Assembly (NCBI GenBank): GCA_045585895.1
Contig: JAZMZI010000011.1
Coordinates: 8,468-72,467, forward strand
Length of the DNA stretch: 64,000 nt
Origin: Eubacteriales bacterium
Lineage (GTDB): Bacteria; Bacillota; Clostridia; Oscillospirales; CAG-272
Direction of reading: 5' to 3'
The notes under the pieces are model-generated. The model saw only the letters and a program-made list of their open reading frames with translations. It did no database searches and was not told where the DNA came from. Made by a program: the position numbers and the translations under genes. Position 1 is the first letter of the stretch; each line of letters opens with the position of its first letter. Shown one piece after another: positions 1-9,775 of the stretch.

Positions 1-1855
1 CGGGAACGAGATCGTATTTGGTAAGCTCCTGCTTGACCGCATCGGGGTTAGCGGTGGGCTTATCCATCTTGTTGATCGCTACGATAATATCAACGCCCGC
101 GGCTTTCGCGTGGTTGATCGCCTCAACGGTCTGAGGCATGATACCGTCGTCCGCCGCAACGACGAGGATCGCGATATCGGTAGACTGAGCACCGCGGGCA
201 CGCATAGCGGTGAACGCCTCGTGTCCGGGGGTGTCAAGGAAGGTAATATCCTGACCGTTTATCTTAACTCTGTACGCACCGATATGCTGGGTAATACCGC
301 CCGCCTCACCGGTGGTGACGTTGGTGTGTCTTATTGCGTCGAGAAGCGAGGTCTTACCGTGGTCAACGTGACCCATTACGCAGACTACGGGCGCTCTGCC
401 CTCAAGCTGCTCCTCGGTATCCTCGGTCTCATCAAAGAGCTTTTCTTCAATGGTAACGACCACTGCCTTTTCGGGCTCTGCTCCGCACTCAACGGCAACG
501 AGAGACGCGGTATCGAAATCGATGGTCTGATTAGCGGTTGCCATAGCACCGAGAAGCATAAGCTTCTTGATAACCTCTGCTACGGTAACCTTAAGCATAG
601 CCGCAAGATCGCTTACCATTATCTCCTCGGGGATCTGAACCTTGATGGGGCCCTTTATAATGGTTACGGGCTGCTTCTGCTCGGGCTTTCCGCCCTTCTT
701 GCCCGCCTTACCCTTCTGGAAGCCGCCTTCCTGTCTGGTCTGATTCTGCTGCTTCTTGAGCTTTTGGTTATTTCCGTTTCTAAGATCTCTTTCATCCTCA
801 TGTACGAAGGTGTCGAGCTTTTCGTCGTATTTGGAAAGGTCAACGCTGGAGGAACGGATATCCACGGTCTTTGCCGCGCCCTTCTTGCTGGTTCCGTCGC
901 CGCCCTTGGGGGTCTGCGCTCTTACTATTGCCTGAGGCTGGAACTTCTCTCTGGGAGCGGAAGGAACGTAATCGTCCTTGTCCATACCCATTCCCATACC
1001 GCCTCTGTTATTGTTAAACTGAGGCTTCTGCTGGGGCTTGCGGTCGTCTCTCTTCTGAGGCGCCTGTCTGTCGAAGTTGGGCGCGCTCATTTTGGAGAAG
1101 CGATCGTTATTGCTCTGCTGAGTGCCTTGAGGTCTGTCCTGTCTCTGCGCACCGCCGAAATTGCCACTTTGAGGTCTGTCCTGCCTGGGCGCTCTTTCGT
1201 CGGTACGTCTGTTATTATTATTGCTCTCGGGTCTTTTATTTTCCTGAGCAGCTCTCTGCATAGCCTTTTCACGGGCAGCCTTTTCAATGGCAGCGGCTCT
1301 GGCAATAGCCTCGGCTCTGTCAACCTTGGGCTGAGTCTTTATCTGGGGTGCCGCGGGCTCGGGCTTAACCTCTGCGACCTTCTCCTCTTTTTTCTCTTCC
1401 TTCTTTGCTACGGGCTCTGCCTTGGCAGCGACAGGCTCCTTGGGTGTAGCTTCAGACTCCGCAGCTTTCTTTTCGGGTTCTGCGGACTTTTCGGCGGTCT
1501 TTTCAGCGGGCTTCTCCGCATTCTTTTCGGACTTTTTGACAGTCTTAGGCTCTTCTTTTTCCGAGGAAGCAGACTTCTCCTCCGCTTTCGCTTCGGGCTT
1601 AGCCTCCGCTACGGCTTCAGCCTTCTTTTCGATCTTGGAGGGAATATAAGTCACTCCGTCAATATAATCGTCGATTCCCTCGATCTGGTGAGCCGACGTC
1701 AATGCGTCAAAAAGGACGTCAAATTCATGAGGCTCAAGAGATTTCTGAACCTTAAGTTCAATTCCCTTGGACGCCATTACGTCCACGATCTCTTTGCTCT
1801 TGATACCTAAGTCCTTTGCAAGCTGATTTGCTTTGATTTGAGGTTTTACTGCCAT
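1..1855 (-). CDS. infB: Translation initiation factor IF-2, N-terminal ~618 codons (3' end runs off the window start)
   Basis: The minus frame is open from the ATG at 1855 ([27 protein letters not shown]...) to position 1. It ends inside the GTPase domain ([24 protein letters not shown]). It follows nusA-ylxR-ylxQ. It is absent from the ORF track because no stop lies in the window; the plus ORF 110..1810 is its antisense shadow. Confidence 0.95.
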   Translation of the reverse strand, partial: MAVKPQIKANQLAKDLGIKSKEIVDVMASKGIELKVQKSLEPHEFDVLFDALTSAHQIEGIDDYIDGVTYIPSKIEKKAEAVAEAKPEAKAEEKSASSEKEEPKTVKKSEKNAEKPAEKTAEKSAEPEKKAAESEATPKEPVAAKAEPVAKKEEKKEEKVAEVKPEPAAPQIKTQPKVDRAEAIARAAAIEKAAREKAMQRAAQENKRPESNNNNRRTDERAPRQDRPQSGNFGGAQRQDRPQGTQQSNNDRFSKMSAPNFDRQAPQKRDDRKPQQKPQFNNNRGGMGMGMDKDDYVPSAPREKFQPQAIVRAQTPKGGDGTSKKGAAKTVDIRSSSVDLSKYDEKLDTFVHEDERDLRNGNNQKLKKQQNQTRQEGGFQKGKAGKKGGKPEQKQPVTIIKGPIKVQIPEEIMVSDLAAMLKVTVAEVIKKLMLLGAMATANQTIDFDTASLVAVECGAEPEKAVVVTIEEKLFDETEDTEEQLEGRAPVVCVMGHVDHGKTSLLDAIRHTNVTTGEAGGITQHIGAYRVKINGQDITFLDTPGHEAFTAMRARGAQSTDIAILVVAADDGIMPQTVEAINHAKAAGVDIIVAINKMDKPTANPDAVKQELTKYDLVP

Positions 1856-1879
1856 AAATTATACCCATACCTTTCCGGT

Positions 1880-2233
1880 TTAGTGCATATCGGTCTCGTT
1901 CAGCCTTTCTGAAATCGCACGGCAAAAATTTGAGTCTGATATTAAAACTGCCGCTGCCGCTTTTTTCCCTACCGCCTTGCCCAAGGCGGCGCAATCAAAG
2001 GCGAGCCTTATATGCTTTACATTGTAGAACGTGCATTTGTCACTTATTTTTTTGTGCGTGTTTTCGGACGTATCCGCCGCTTCAAGAACCATTATATCGG
2101 TCTCGTCGCCGTCGTTTTTTCTCTTGAAGCTATGTTTTCTCAAATGTTCGCACACCATATCGGTGCCGATAACGGTCTTACCCGCTCTTCGGCAGATACC
2201 GATCATTCCGAGAAGATTCTTTCCGTCGCTCAT
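1880..2233 (-). CDS. ylxQ: L7Ae-family RNA-binding protein (YlxQ-like)
   Basis: Product from the internal ATG at 2233 (MSDGKNLLGMIGICRRAGKTVIGTDMV...). The longer 1880..2302 ORF would overlap ylxR. The position between ylxR and infB is conserved. Confidence 0.8.
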   Translation of the reverse strand: MSDGKNLLGMIGICRRAGKTVIGTDMVCEHLRKHSFKRKNDGDETDIMVLEAADTSENTHKKISDKCTFYNVKHIRLAFDCAALGKAVGKKAAAAVLISDSNFCRAISERLNETDMH

Positions 2234-2234
2234 C

Positions 2235-2531
2235 TCAAAGCTCCGCCTCCGAAATGCTTTTCTCCATTTCGTCGTATATTTCCTCGGGAATCTTACATTC
2301 AAGAACGCTTTCTATTCTCTTGGATCTTCTCGCCTTGGAAAAGCAAGAGCTTTTAGGACACACATACGCGCCTCTGCCCGATTTTTTACCTACGAGGTCG
2401 AGCACTATCTCTCCCTCGGGGGTCCTCAGGACTCTTATCATTTCCTTCTTCGGCTTGTGCTCGTTGCATCCGAGGCACTGACGCACCGGGATCTTACGAG
2501 GCTTTTGATTATTGTTTTCCATTATTATCAC
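2235..2531 (-). CDS. ylxR: YlxR/RnpM family (DUF448) RNA-binding protein
   Basis: Motifs RQCLGCNEHKPKKEMIRV and GRGAYVCP. It sits immediately downstream of nusA. The start is either GTG at 2531 (overlapping the nusA stop) or ATG at 2522. Confidence 0.85.
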   Translation of the reverse strand: MIIMENNNQKPRKIPVRQCLGCNEHKPKKEMIRVLRTPEGEIVLDLVGKKSGRGAYVCPKSSCFSKARRSKRIESVLECKIPEEIYDEMEKSISEAEL

Positions 2532-3580
2532 ATTACGGGAGAGTTCTTTTCAAGACCCTCTGCATTGATATCGATCTTAACGCCGGTAAGCTTTACTGCA
2601 AGACGAACGTTCTGACCCTTACCGCCGATGGCAAGAGAGAGCTGATCGGGAGCAACGGTAACACGGCACATTCTCTCGCTCTCCATTTCTGCGGAGATAA
2701 CGGTTGCGGGAGAAAGGGCGGCAGCCACGTACTCCTCTATGTTCTCGCTGTATTTTATAAGCTGGATCTTTTCACCGCCAAGCTCATCGAGAATGCTCTC
2801 TATTCTCATTCCGTGAGTACCGATACAAGCACCGACTGCGTCAACGCTCTCGTCTCTGGAATAGACCGCCACCTTGGTGGTCGAGCCCGCGTCGCGCGCT
2901 ACGCCCTTTATAACCACGATGCCGTCGGTGATCTCGGGGATCTCAAGCTCAAACATACGTCTGATAAATCCGGGATGAACTCTGGAAAGAGTTACGATAG
3001 GGCCGCGAAGCTCCTTATTAACTTCCTGAACAAAGACCTTGATCTTATCTCCAACCTCGAAATACTCGCCGGGTATCTGCTCGTTCTTAGGTAGAGTAGC
3101 ATAGCCCGCGCCGGTATCAAGAAGAACGTTTCCGCTCTCATAGTCGATCTTCTGTACGGTAGCGGTAATGATCTCCTCGCGCTTTGATTCGTAAGCCTCC
3201 TGCATAGCTCTGTGCTCGCCCTCGCGGATCGCCTGAATAAGTACCGATTTTCCCGCGCCTGCGCTGAGTCGGCGGAAGTTCTTGGTCTTGACCTCAAACT
3301 CAACGGTGCCGCCGAGAACGTTTCTCTTACTTATTGCCTTAGCGTCTGCAAGCGAGATCTGAACCGAGGGATCCTCAACGACCTCAACGACCTCCTTCTG
3401 CTGATAGACCTTTACGTCTTCCTTAACGGGGTCTATATTGACTCTGACGTTGGTATTGCTGCCGTATTCCTTCTTGAATGCGGAAACCAGAGCAGCCTCG
3501 ATCTTTTCGATCATATACTCCTGCGGAATACCCTTTTCAGCCTCAAGCAGTCTGAGCGCTGCAAAAAACTCTTTGTTCAT
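2528..3580 (-). CDS. nusA: Transcription termination/antitermination factor NusA
   Basis: 350 aa, MNKEFFAALRLLEAEKGIP.... S1-like region and two KH-like regions (ACIGTHGMRIESI, LAIGGKGQNVRLA). Synteny with rimP and infB. Confidence 0.95.
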   Translation of the reverse strand: MNKEFFAALRLLEAEKGIPQEYMIEKIEAALVSAFKKEYGSNTNVRVNIDPVKEDVKVYQQKEVVEVVEDPSVQISLADAKAISKRNVLGGTVEFEVKTKNFRRLSAGAGKSVLIQAIREGEHRAMQEAYESKREEIITATVQKIDYESGNVLLDTGAGYATLPKNEQIPGEYFEVGDKIKVFVQEVNKELRGPIVTLSRVHPGFIRRMFELEIPEITDGIVVIKGVARDAGSTTKVAVYSRDESVDAVGACIGTHGMRIESILDELGGEKIQLIKYSENIEEYVAAALSPATVISAEMESERMCRVTVAPDQLSLAIGGKGQNVRLAVKLTGVKIDINAEGLEKNSPVM

Positions 3581-3612
3581 GTGTATTATATCCTTTCAAA
3601 CATTTTTAACAA

Positions 3613-4101
3613 TTAAAACTTGGAATTTTCAAAATCGAAATAGGTTGCGATCTTGGCGATCTCTTCGGGCTTAAACGCTATATTGCTCTCCCCCGCTTCG
3701 ATCACGACGTTCCCGTCGGTGTCGTACCCGCAGAGCACACCGCGGAAGACCTTGACACCGTTTTTGGGTGCGTACAGTTTGACCTCAACGTCCCAACCCT
3801 CGCACGCGTCGATATGCTGAGGCGTCTTAAGCTCGCGCTCTATACCGGGAGACGATACTTCGAGGATGTAGGATTCGCTTATAGGGTCTGCTTCGTCAAG
3901 AACGGGATCGATAGCACGGTGAAATCTCTCACAATCCTCAATGGTGATGCCTTCCTCGTTGTCGATGGTTATTCTGAGATACTTATCCGCACCTTCCTTA
4001 ACGAACTCAACGTCCCAAATCCAATATCCAAGCGCCTCGGCTACGGGATCGATCAGTTGCTTGACTGTGGAGGCTACGTTCTTGTTTCCATTGACCTTCA
4101 T
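3613..4101 (-). CDS. rimP: Ribosome maturation factor RimP
   Basis: MKVNGNKNVASTVKQLIDPVAEALGYWIWDVEF.... The ATG at 4101 is preceded by AAAGGAGA at 7-nt spacing. The track start at 4182 sits at the predicted transcription start of the 4190-4218 promoter, so it is unlikely. Confidence 0.88.
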   Translation of the reverse strand: MKVNGNKNVASTVKQLIDPVAEALGYWIWDVEFVKEGADKYLRITIDNEEGITIEDCERFHRAIDPVLDEADPISESYILEVSSPGIERELKTPQHIDACEGWDVEVKLYAPKNGVKVFRGVLCGYDTDGNVVIEAGESNIAFKPEEIAKIATYFDFENSKF

Positions 4102-4189
4102 AAGCAGTTCTCCTTTTACCGTTCTTTTTTCGACAAAATTTAAGAGTGGATCCTCAAACCCACTCCAGCTTACATTATACACTATATGG

Positions 4190-4218
4190 ATTATATCACA
4201 TTTTTTTCACTTTTGCAA
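4190..4218 (-). promoter_or_regulatory. Sigma-70-type promoter of the rimP-nusA-infB operon (TTGCAA-N17-TATAAT)
   Basis: On the minus strand, -35 TTGCAA at 4213-4218, a 17-nt spacer and -10 TATAAT at 4190-4195. Phased A-tracts lie directly upstream (4222-4255). Confidence 0.55.
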
Positions 4219-4359
4219 TAGTTTTTTGAAATTTTTTATTATTTTTATCTTTTTTGTTCAAAAGATCGGTTTTTTATATATTAACCAACGTTTTGTTGTG
4301 CTATTCTTTCAAAATTTGCTTAAATTAATTTATTAATGAAGTAAAATTTCGAAATAGTG

Positions 4360-4388
4360 TTTACAAATCGGAATGAATGTGATATAAT
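4360..4388 (+). promoter_or_regulatory. Sigma-70-type promoter for yybS-gdpP-rplI-dnaB (TTTACA-N17-TATAAT)
   Basis: TTTACA at 4360-4365, 17-nt spacer, TATAAT at 4383-4388, about 65 nt upstream of the 4453 start. Confidence 0.5.
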
Positions 4389-4452
4389 ATTATAATGTAT
4401 TATTATGTGAAGTGTTGTCTTTTATCCGATCGCTTCACGGAAAGGAGAGAAT

Positions 4453-5682
4453 ATGCCGAACAAACGAACAAACACAAACATTCCAGAAACGAACGGCATC
4501 AACGATCTTTCGCTGCTTGAAAGAGATACCTGTGAGCAGTTTCCCGTAAAGATCACCCTTGTGCTGTCACTTACCGTAATACTTACGTCGCTGACTCTCT
4601 CCTTGTTTATTGCCGGATTTACCGACGCTTCGCTTATAACGGCTTGGGGCACATGTCTTTTATGCTCGGTGGTTATGTTTACCACATCGAAAAAAATATC
4701 CCAAGCCGTATGGAAGACCCTCGGTCTCGCCTTAGCCGTTTCATTTTTCGGCTACCCCGTGATCCCCGCGCTTATCTTTGGCGGAATCATTTCAATAGGC
4801 GCTTTTTCCGCCCTCGTGACCTCCGCAAAGGGACGCGGTCTGCTCGTTCCCTTCCTGCTTCCGATAGCTTCTTACGCGCTTGCTTTTACAATCATCGGGG
4901 ATCCGCTCGTCTCGCTATCAGCGCCGATCGCGATCCTTCCCGCCGTCCCTATGGGCATCACCGCAAGAAAAAAAGCGGGGATGACTACGTCCGTAGTGGC
5001 ATCTGCGGCAGTGATGCTCTCTCTCGCAATCGGAACGGCTGCTTTGGCGGTCTTCTTAAATTACGGAGAATTGACGGAAGGAGCCGTCAGGCTCGCCGTG
5101 AGCGACATTACGAATTTGGTCTTTGCGTCTACCGAAGATGCTTTGGCGTCGTTTGAAGGAATAGAGTACACCGAAGCCATCCGCAACGAAATGACCCTTG
5201 CTGTTGAAACTTACGTCAATTCCGCTATCGGAATCACTATGGCGACATGCGTTACCGCAGCGTACGCGGCAATAAGGATACAGCATTCTCTTTTCGACGC
5301 ATACGGCCTTGACGAGCACCTTTCGTCCCAAACTACCACCGTTACCGTCAGCCTCGCCGCAGTCGGCGTCTACGCTCTCGCGTACGTGCTGTCCTTCTCG
5401 CTGGATTCTTCAAACGGTCTGTCGATCGTCGGAGCGGTGAGCGGCAACATCTGTCTGGCTTTAACTCCCTGTCTTGTCTTTATGGGGTTTGCGGCGATCA
5501 AGGAATTGCCCAAAAAGCTCGGAGCGCGCGGCGCTCTGCTTTCCGCCGCCTTGATTTTGGCAACGTTATTTTTGATCTTCATCTTCCCGTCTTTCATCGC
5601 CGTAGTCGGCGCAGTATACGTAATAATAACCTCCATCGATGCGTGGGCAAAGGAATTTTACAGCAAAGGAGATAATCAATGA
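4453..5682 (+). CDS. Polytopic membrane protein, YybS-like (DUF2232-type) by position
   Basis: 409 aa with many hydrophobic helices. RBS GAAAGGAGA precedes the ATG. Its stop overlaps the gdpP start (ATGA). The slot upstream of gdpP is where yybS lies in Bacillus. Confidence 0.6.
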   Translation: MPNKRTNTNIPETNGINDLSLLERDTCEQFPVKITLVLSLTVILTSLTLSLFIAGFTDASLITAWGTCLLCSVVMFTTSKKISQAVWKTLGLALAVSFFGYPVIPALIFGGIISIGAFSALVTSAKGRGLLVPFLLPIASYALAFTIIGDPLVSLSAPIAILPAVPMGITARKKAGMTTSVVASAAVMLSLAIGTAALAVFLNYGELTEGAVRLAVSDITNLVFASTEDALASFEGIEYTEAIRNEMTLAVETYVNSAIGITMATCVTAAYAAIRIQHSLFDAYGLDEHLSSQTTTVTVSLAAVGVYALAYVLSFSLDSSNGLSIVGAVSGNICLALTPCLVFMGFAAIKELPKKLGARGALLSAALILATLFLIFIFPSFIAVVGAVYVIITSIDAWAKEFYSKGDNQ

Positions 5683-7865
5683 GCATAAAATCACCTACCA
5701 AAAACAAAAATACTGCTCAAAGCAGGCGGCAGGCGAGGTTCAGCGTTGACCTCAGCTTTCCCATGATCTTTTGCGCTGCCGAAGCAATATTGCTTCTCGG
5801 TGCTCTCGTTTTGCTTGACCGTTTCTCTGAATTTAACCGAAACGGAGCCGCTTTTTCAACCACTGTACTGACCTTCTTTGCCATCTACCTCGTAACGGCA
5901 GGATTTGTATGCATCTTTTATTTTACGAAATCCATCAGATCCAAAAAGGCCATATACGAGGCGTCGCAGATAGAGACCGAGATCTACGATATGTTCCGAT
6001 ACATAATCGACTACCCCTATGCCATTGTTGACCGTGACGGCAAGGTAAAGGTCATGAACGGTGCGCTTCAGGACATTCTCGGACACAAAAAAGCGCTCAG
6101 CGGCATTTCGCTCTCTCAATTCTGCTCCGTTCCGATAAATACTATCAGCGCAAACGCAAAAAACAAAAACGAATATATCAGCGAAGCTCTCCACGATCTT
6201 CCCGGTGACTCGACAATAGAGCAGGTCTCTGTCACCCGCCTTTCCGACGGAAGAAGATACGAAGTTGAATCATACGTTTTCAAAGTGAAATCCGAGAATT
6301 ATTTTTTCACGGTATTCAAGGATATCGAAGATTATCTTTCGGTACTTGAAAGAGAGGAAAGCGAAAGCCCCGTCGTGGCGTTCATCGTACTTGATAACCT
6401 TCAGGAACTGACCCAATACGTTCGCGCAGACTACCGTCTCGCATCTACAGAGGCTGAAAATATAATCAAATCGTGGGTCTCCGAAATGAACGGATTTATC
6501 CGCGAATACGAGAACGACAAGTATATCGCGGTATTCTCCAAAAAAGAGCTGGACAGGCAAATGCTTCTGGATTTTGACATTCAGAGAAAGATAATGTCCC
6601 TCAAAGTAGGTGACAACAGCTTCCCCATCACCGTTTCAATGGGTATCGCCTCCTTTCGAGGCACGCTGAAGGAGATGGAGAAGGCGGCGTCCGACGCTCT
6701 TAACATAGCTATTCAGCGAGGAGGAAATCAAGTCGCCATAAGACGCGAGGACTCTAACGGTTACGCATTCTTCGGCGGAACGCATAAAACTATGGAAAAC
6801 AACACCGCCATAGTATCAAGAGTAGGCGGCGATATTCTTGAAAGCAAGATAAAGAACGCAGACAGAGTTCTTATTATGGGACATTCCAATCCCGACTTCG
6901 ACTCTATCGGCTCCTGCGTAGGTATGGCAAGCTTTGCAATGGCAGTCATCGAAAGCGTGCATGCCGACAAATCCCCCTCAGACCGTCCCAAAGTAAATAT
7001 AGTTATCAACAAAAACGTAGAATCTTTTAAAATATGCTACGCTCAGCTTGAACCGCTCAATATTTATGAAAGCGTATTCATCAGTGCGGAGGACGCAAGA
7101 GATCTGGTGACGGGCGACACGGTGCTTCTTATCTGCGACGTTAACAATCCGTACATTTTCGAAGCTCCCGAGCTTGCCAAAAACGTTTCGAAGATCGCAG
7201 TAATAGATCACCACAGACTCACCGCCGCTCTTCCCTTTGAACCTTTTCTCCAGTATATCGAAGCGACAAAATCGTCCGCCAGCGAGATAGTTTCCGAGAT
7301 CTTTTTCAGAAGCAAGTACGCTGATAAGCTTCACAAGGAGGAAGCCGAGGTGCTTCTCTCGGGTATTATGCTTGACACCAACAATTATACGAGAAACGCA
7401 GGCGCTCAAACCTTTGAGATAACCCACTATCTCTACACGCGCGGTGCTCACACCTCGGTAGTGCGCGAATTCTTCAACGAAAGCCTTGACGAGCTTATGC
7501 TTACGGGCGAATTCGAATCAAAAGCCCGTATCTACCGCGATTCCATAGCGATCACTTGGATGGCGCTCGACCGCCCCTCCACCCCCGAGGACAGAATAGT
7601 TGCCTCCAAGGTGGCAGACAAGCTGCTGCGTATCAAAGACGTGGAAGCATCCTTCGCGCTGGTAAAAATGGATAACGACGTAGTTATTTCGGGACGAAGC
7701 AAGGGCGGCATCAACGTTCAGCTTATTCTTGAAAGACTTAAGGGCGGCGGCCACTTTGACATTGCGGGAGCGCAGGTCAAGAACTCCAGCCTCACCAAAA
7801 CCTTCGAAATGCTCAAAGACGCAATAGACGATTATTTCGAATACGACCACAAACAAAAAACATAA
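5679..7865 (+). CDS. gdpP: Cyclic-di-AMP phosphodiesterase GdpP (DHH/DHHA1 with N-terminal TM, PAS-like and degenerate GGDEF regions)
   Basis: Two N-terminal TM helices. DHH motifs GHSNPDFDSIGS, ICDVNNP and VIDHHR; DHHA1 motif LKGGGHFDIAGAQ. Synteny with rplI and dnaB. Confidence 0.85.
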   Translation: MSIKSPTKNKNTAQSRRQARFSVDLSFPMIFCAAEAILLLGALVLLDRFSEFNRNGAAFSTTVLTFFAIYLVTAGFVCIFYFTKSIRSKKAIYEASQIETEIYDMFRYIIDYPYAIVDRDGKVKVMNGALQDILGHKKALSGISLSQFCSVPINTISANAKNKNEYISEALHDLPGDSTIEQVSVTRLSDGRRYEVESYVFKVKSENYFFTVFKDIEDYLSVLEREESESPVVAFIVLDNLQELTQYVRADYRLASTEAENIIKSWVSEMNGFIREYENDKYIAVFSKKELDRQMLLDFDIQRKIMSLKVGDNSFPITVSMGIASFRGTLKEMEKAASDALNIAIQRGGNQVAIRREDSNGYAFFGGTHKTMENNTAIVSRVGGDILESKIKNADRVLIMGHSNPDFDSIGSCVGMASFAMAVIESVHADKSPSDRPKVNIVINKNVESFKICYAQLEPLNIYESVFISAEDARDLVTGDTVLLICDVNNPYIFEAPELAKNVSKIAVIDHHRLTAALPFEPFLQYIEATKSSASEIVSEIFFRSKYADKLHKEEAEVLLSGIMLDTNNYTRNAGAQTFEITHYLYTRGAHTSVVREFFNESLDELMLTGEFESKARIYRDSIAITWMALDRPSTPEDRIVASKVADKLLRIKDVEASFALVKMDNDVVISGRSKGGINVQLILERLKGGGHFDIAGAQVKNSSLTKTFEMLKDAIDDYFEYDHKQKT

Positions 7866-7896
7866 CGCAAAATTATAAAACCTAAGGAGGTTTATT

Positions 7897-8340
7897 ATGA
7901 AAGTATTACTTTTAGCCGACGTTAAGGGTCAGGGCAAAAAAGATCAGATAGTAGAAGTGTCGGACGGATATGCACGCAACTTCCTTTTCCCCAAAAAGCT
8001 CGCCGTTGCCGCAGACGCAAAGGTCATGAGCGAAGCCAAGAGTAAGGAAGAAGCAAAGCAATTCCGTCTCAAAGAAGAAAAGGCGGCGGCAAAGACTCTA
8101 GCGGAGAAGATCGCCACCCTGACCGTTAAAATATCAGCGACCTCCGGTGCCGACGGACGTCTCTACGGCTCCGTTACCTCAAAGGATATCGCCGAGGCGC
8201 TTTCCAAGCAACACAAGATAGATATAGACAAGAAAAAGCTGGTTCTTGCCGAAAACATCAAGGCTTACGGAACCTACAACGTTGAAGTAAAGGTATATCC
8301 CGAGATCAGCGCTACCCTCAAGGTTTCCGTAACCGAGTGA
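7897..8340 (+). CDS. rplI: 50S ribosomal protein L9
   Basis: [36 protein letters not shown].... RBS TAAGGAGG. Confidence 0.97.
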   Translation: MKVLLLADVKGQGKKDQIVEVSDGYARNFLFPKKLAVAADAKVMSEAKSKEEAKQFRLKEEKAAAKTLAEKIATLTVKISATSGADGRLYGSVTSKDIAEALSKQHKIDIDKKKLVLAENIKAYGTYNVEVKVYPEISATLKVSVTE

Positions 8341-8384
8341 TCTTTTAGCTCACACGGAGCAAAATTAATTATTTGGAGTAAAAA

Positions 8385-9743
8385 ATGGCTGAAGATATTA
8401 TCAGAAAGCTGCCCTTCTCCGCCATTGCGGAGCAATCCTTATTAGGCTCTATCCTCATTGATCCCCAGTGTATAAATCTTGTGGCGGACACTATTTCGTC
8501 GGACGATTTTTATCTTGAGGAAAACAGACAGATCTATCTTGCTATGCACGGTCTTTTCGTCACCAACAGCCAGATAGATATCGTCACTCTTATCGATGAG
8601 TTAGTTAAAAAGGGCATATATTCAAAATCGGGCGGAGAGGAATACATAAAGGTCATCGCAGAGACGGTTCCCAACGCCCTCAACGTAAGGGATTACGCCA
8701 AGATCGTTAAAGACAAGAGCATTTTGCGTCAGCTTATCACGATGTGCGCGGAGGTATCCGACGCGGCATACTCCGAGCAGGACGAGGTTGCGGGAATTCT
8801 TGAGTCGGCGCAGAGCAAGCTCTATTCCATAACTCAGGGACGCGAAACCAAGAACTTCCGTCACATCCGTGAAGTACTTACTGACGTTTACGCGCACTTA
8901 AACGAGCTTCGTACCAATCCCGAAGCAAGCGCGGGAACCTCCACGGGATTCCGCTCTCTTGACCGAGTACTTGCGGGAATGGGCAACAGTGACCTCGTTA
9001 TCGTCGGAGCGCGCCCCGGTATGGGTAAGACCTCCTTCTGTCTTAATATAGGAACTAACGTTGCAAAGCAGACGAAAAAAGCCGTTGCTATATTCTCTCT
9101 CGAGATGTCTGCTGAGCAGCTTGTAAGCAGAGTTATTTCCAGCGAGGCACTCATCGACAGCTACGCTCTTCGTACGGGTGAGCTTAAACCCGAGGAATGG
9201 GGTCACATCGCTCAGGCAGCATCCTCTCTTTCGGGATGCGACATCCTTATCGACGACACTCCCGGTATTTCCGTCACCAAAATGAAGGCAAAGCTTCGCC
9301 GCGTTGAAAATCTCGGTCTGGTGGTTATAGACTACCTCCAGCTTATGCAGTCCGACAAGAAGATAGAAAACAGAACCCAGGAGGTCTCCGAGATCTCGCG
9401 TTCTTTGAAGATACTCGCAAAGGAGCTTAACGTTCCCGTCATCTGCTGCTCTCAGCTTTCCCGTGGAACCGAGGCTAACACCAATAAGCGTCCTATGATC
9501 TCTCACCTCCGTGAATCGGGATCTATCGAGCAGGACGCCGACGTAATTATCTTCCTTTACAGAGACGAATACTATAAAAATGCCGAGGGTGGCGACAGCG
9601 TTGCTCCCGACACCGAGCAGAACGTGGCGGAAATAATTATTGCAAAGAACCGTCACGGCTCCACCGACACAGTAAAGGTAGGCTGGACGGGTCGCTACAC
9701 CAAGTTCCGCGAGCTTGCCAACGAAGGCGATCTGCCACAGTAA
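8385..9743 (+). CDS. dnaB: Replicative DNA helicase (DnaB family; DnaC in Bacillus nomenclature)
   Basis: 452 aa. Walker A GARPGMGKTSF, IDYLQLM, and an N-terminal LPFSAIAEQSLLGSILID motif. Confidence 0.95.
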   Translation: MAEDIIRKLPFSAIAEQSLLGSILIDPQCINLVADTISSDDFYLEENRQIYLAMHGLFVTNSQIDIVTLIDELVKKGIYSKSGGEEYIKVIAETVPNALNVRDYAKIVKDKSILRQLITMCAEVSDAAYSEQDEVAGILESAQSKLYSITQGRETKNFRHIREVLTDVYAHLNELRTNPEASAGTSTGFRSLDRVLAGMGNSDLVIVGARPGMGKTSFCLNIGTNVAKQTKKAVAIFSLEMSAEQLVSRVISSEALIDSYALRTGELKPEEWGHIAQAASSLSGCDILIDDTPGISVTKMKAKLRRVENLGLVVIDYLQLMQSDKKIENRTQEVSEISRSLKILAKELNVPVICCSQLSRGTEANTNKRPMISHLRESGSIEQDADVIIFLYRDEYYKNAEGGDSVAPDTEQNVAEIIIAKNRHGSTDTVKVGWTGRYTKFRELANEGDLPQ

Positions 9744-9775
9744 GACTACACAAATAATAATATCGGAGATCATTT

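Noticed and set aside
110-1810. 566-aa plus-strand ORF, the longest listed ORF in this region
   Set aside because: It lies exactly antisense to infB, whose minus-strand translation shows unmistakable IF-2 motifs. The plus product is Leu/Gly/Arg/Ser low-complexity with no RBS. It is a shadow ORF.
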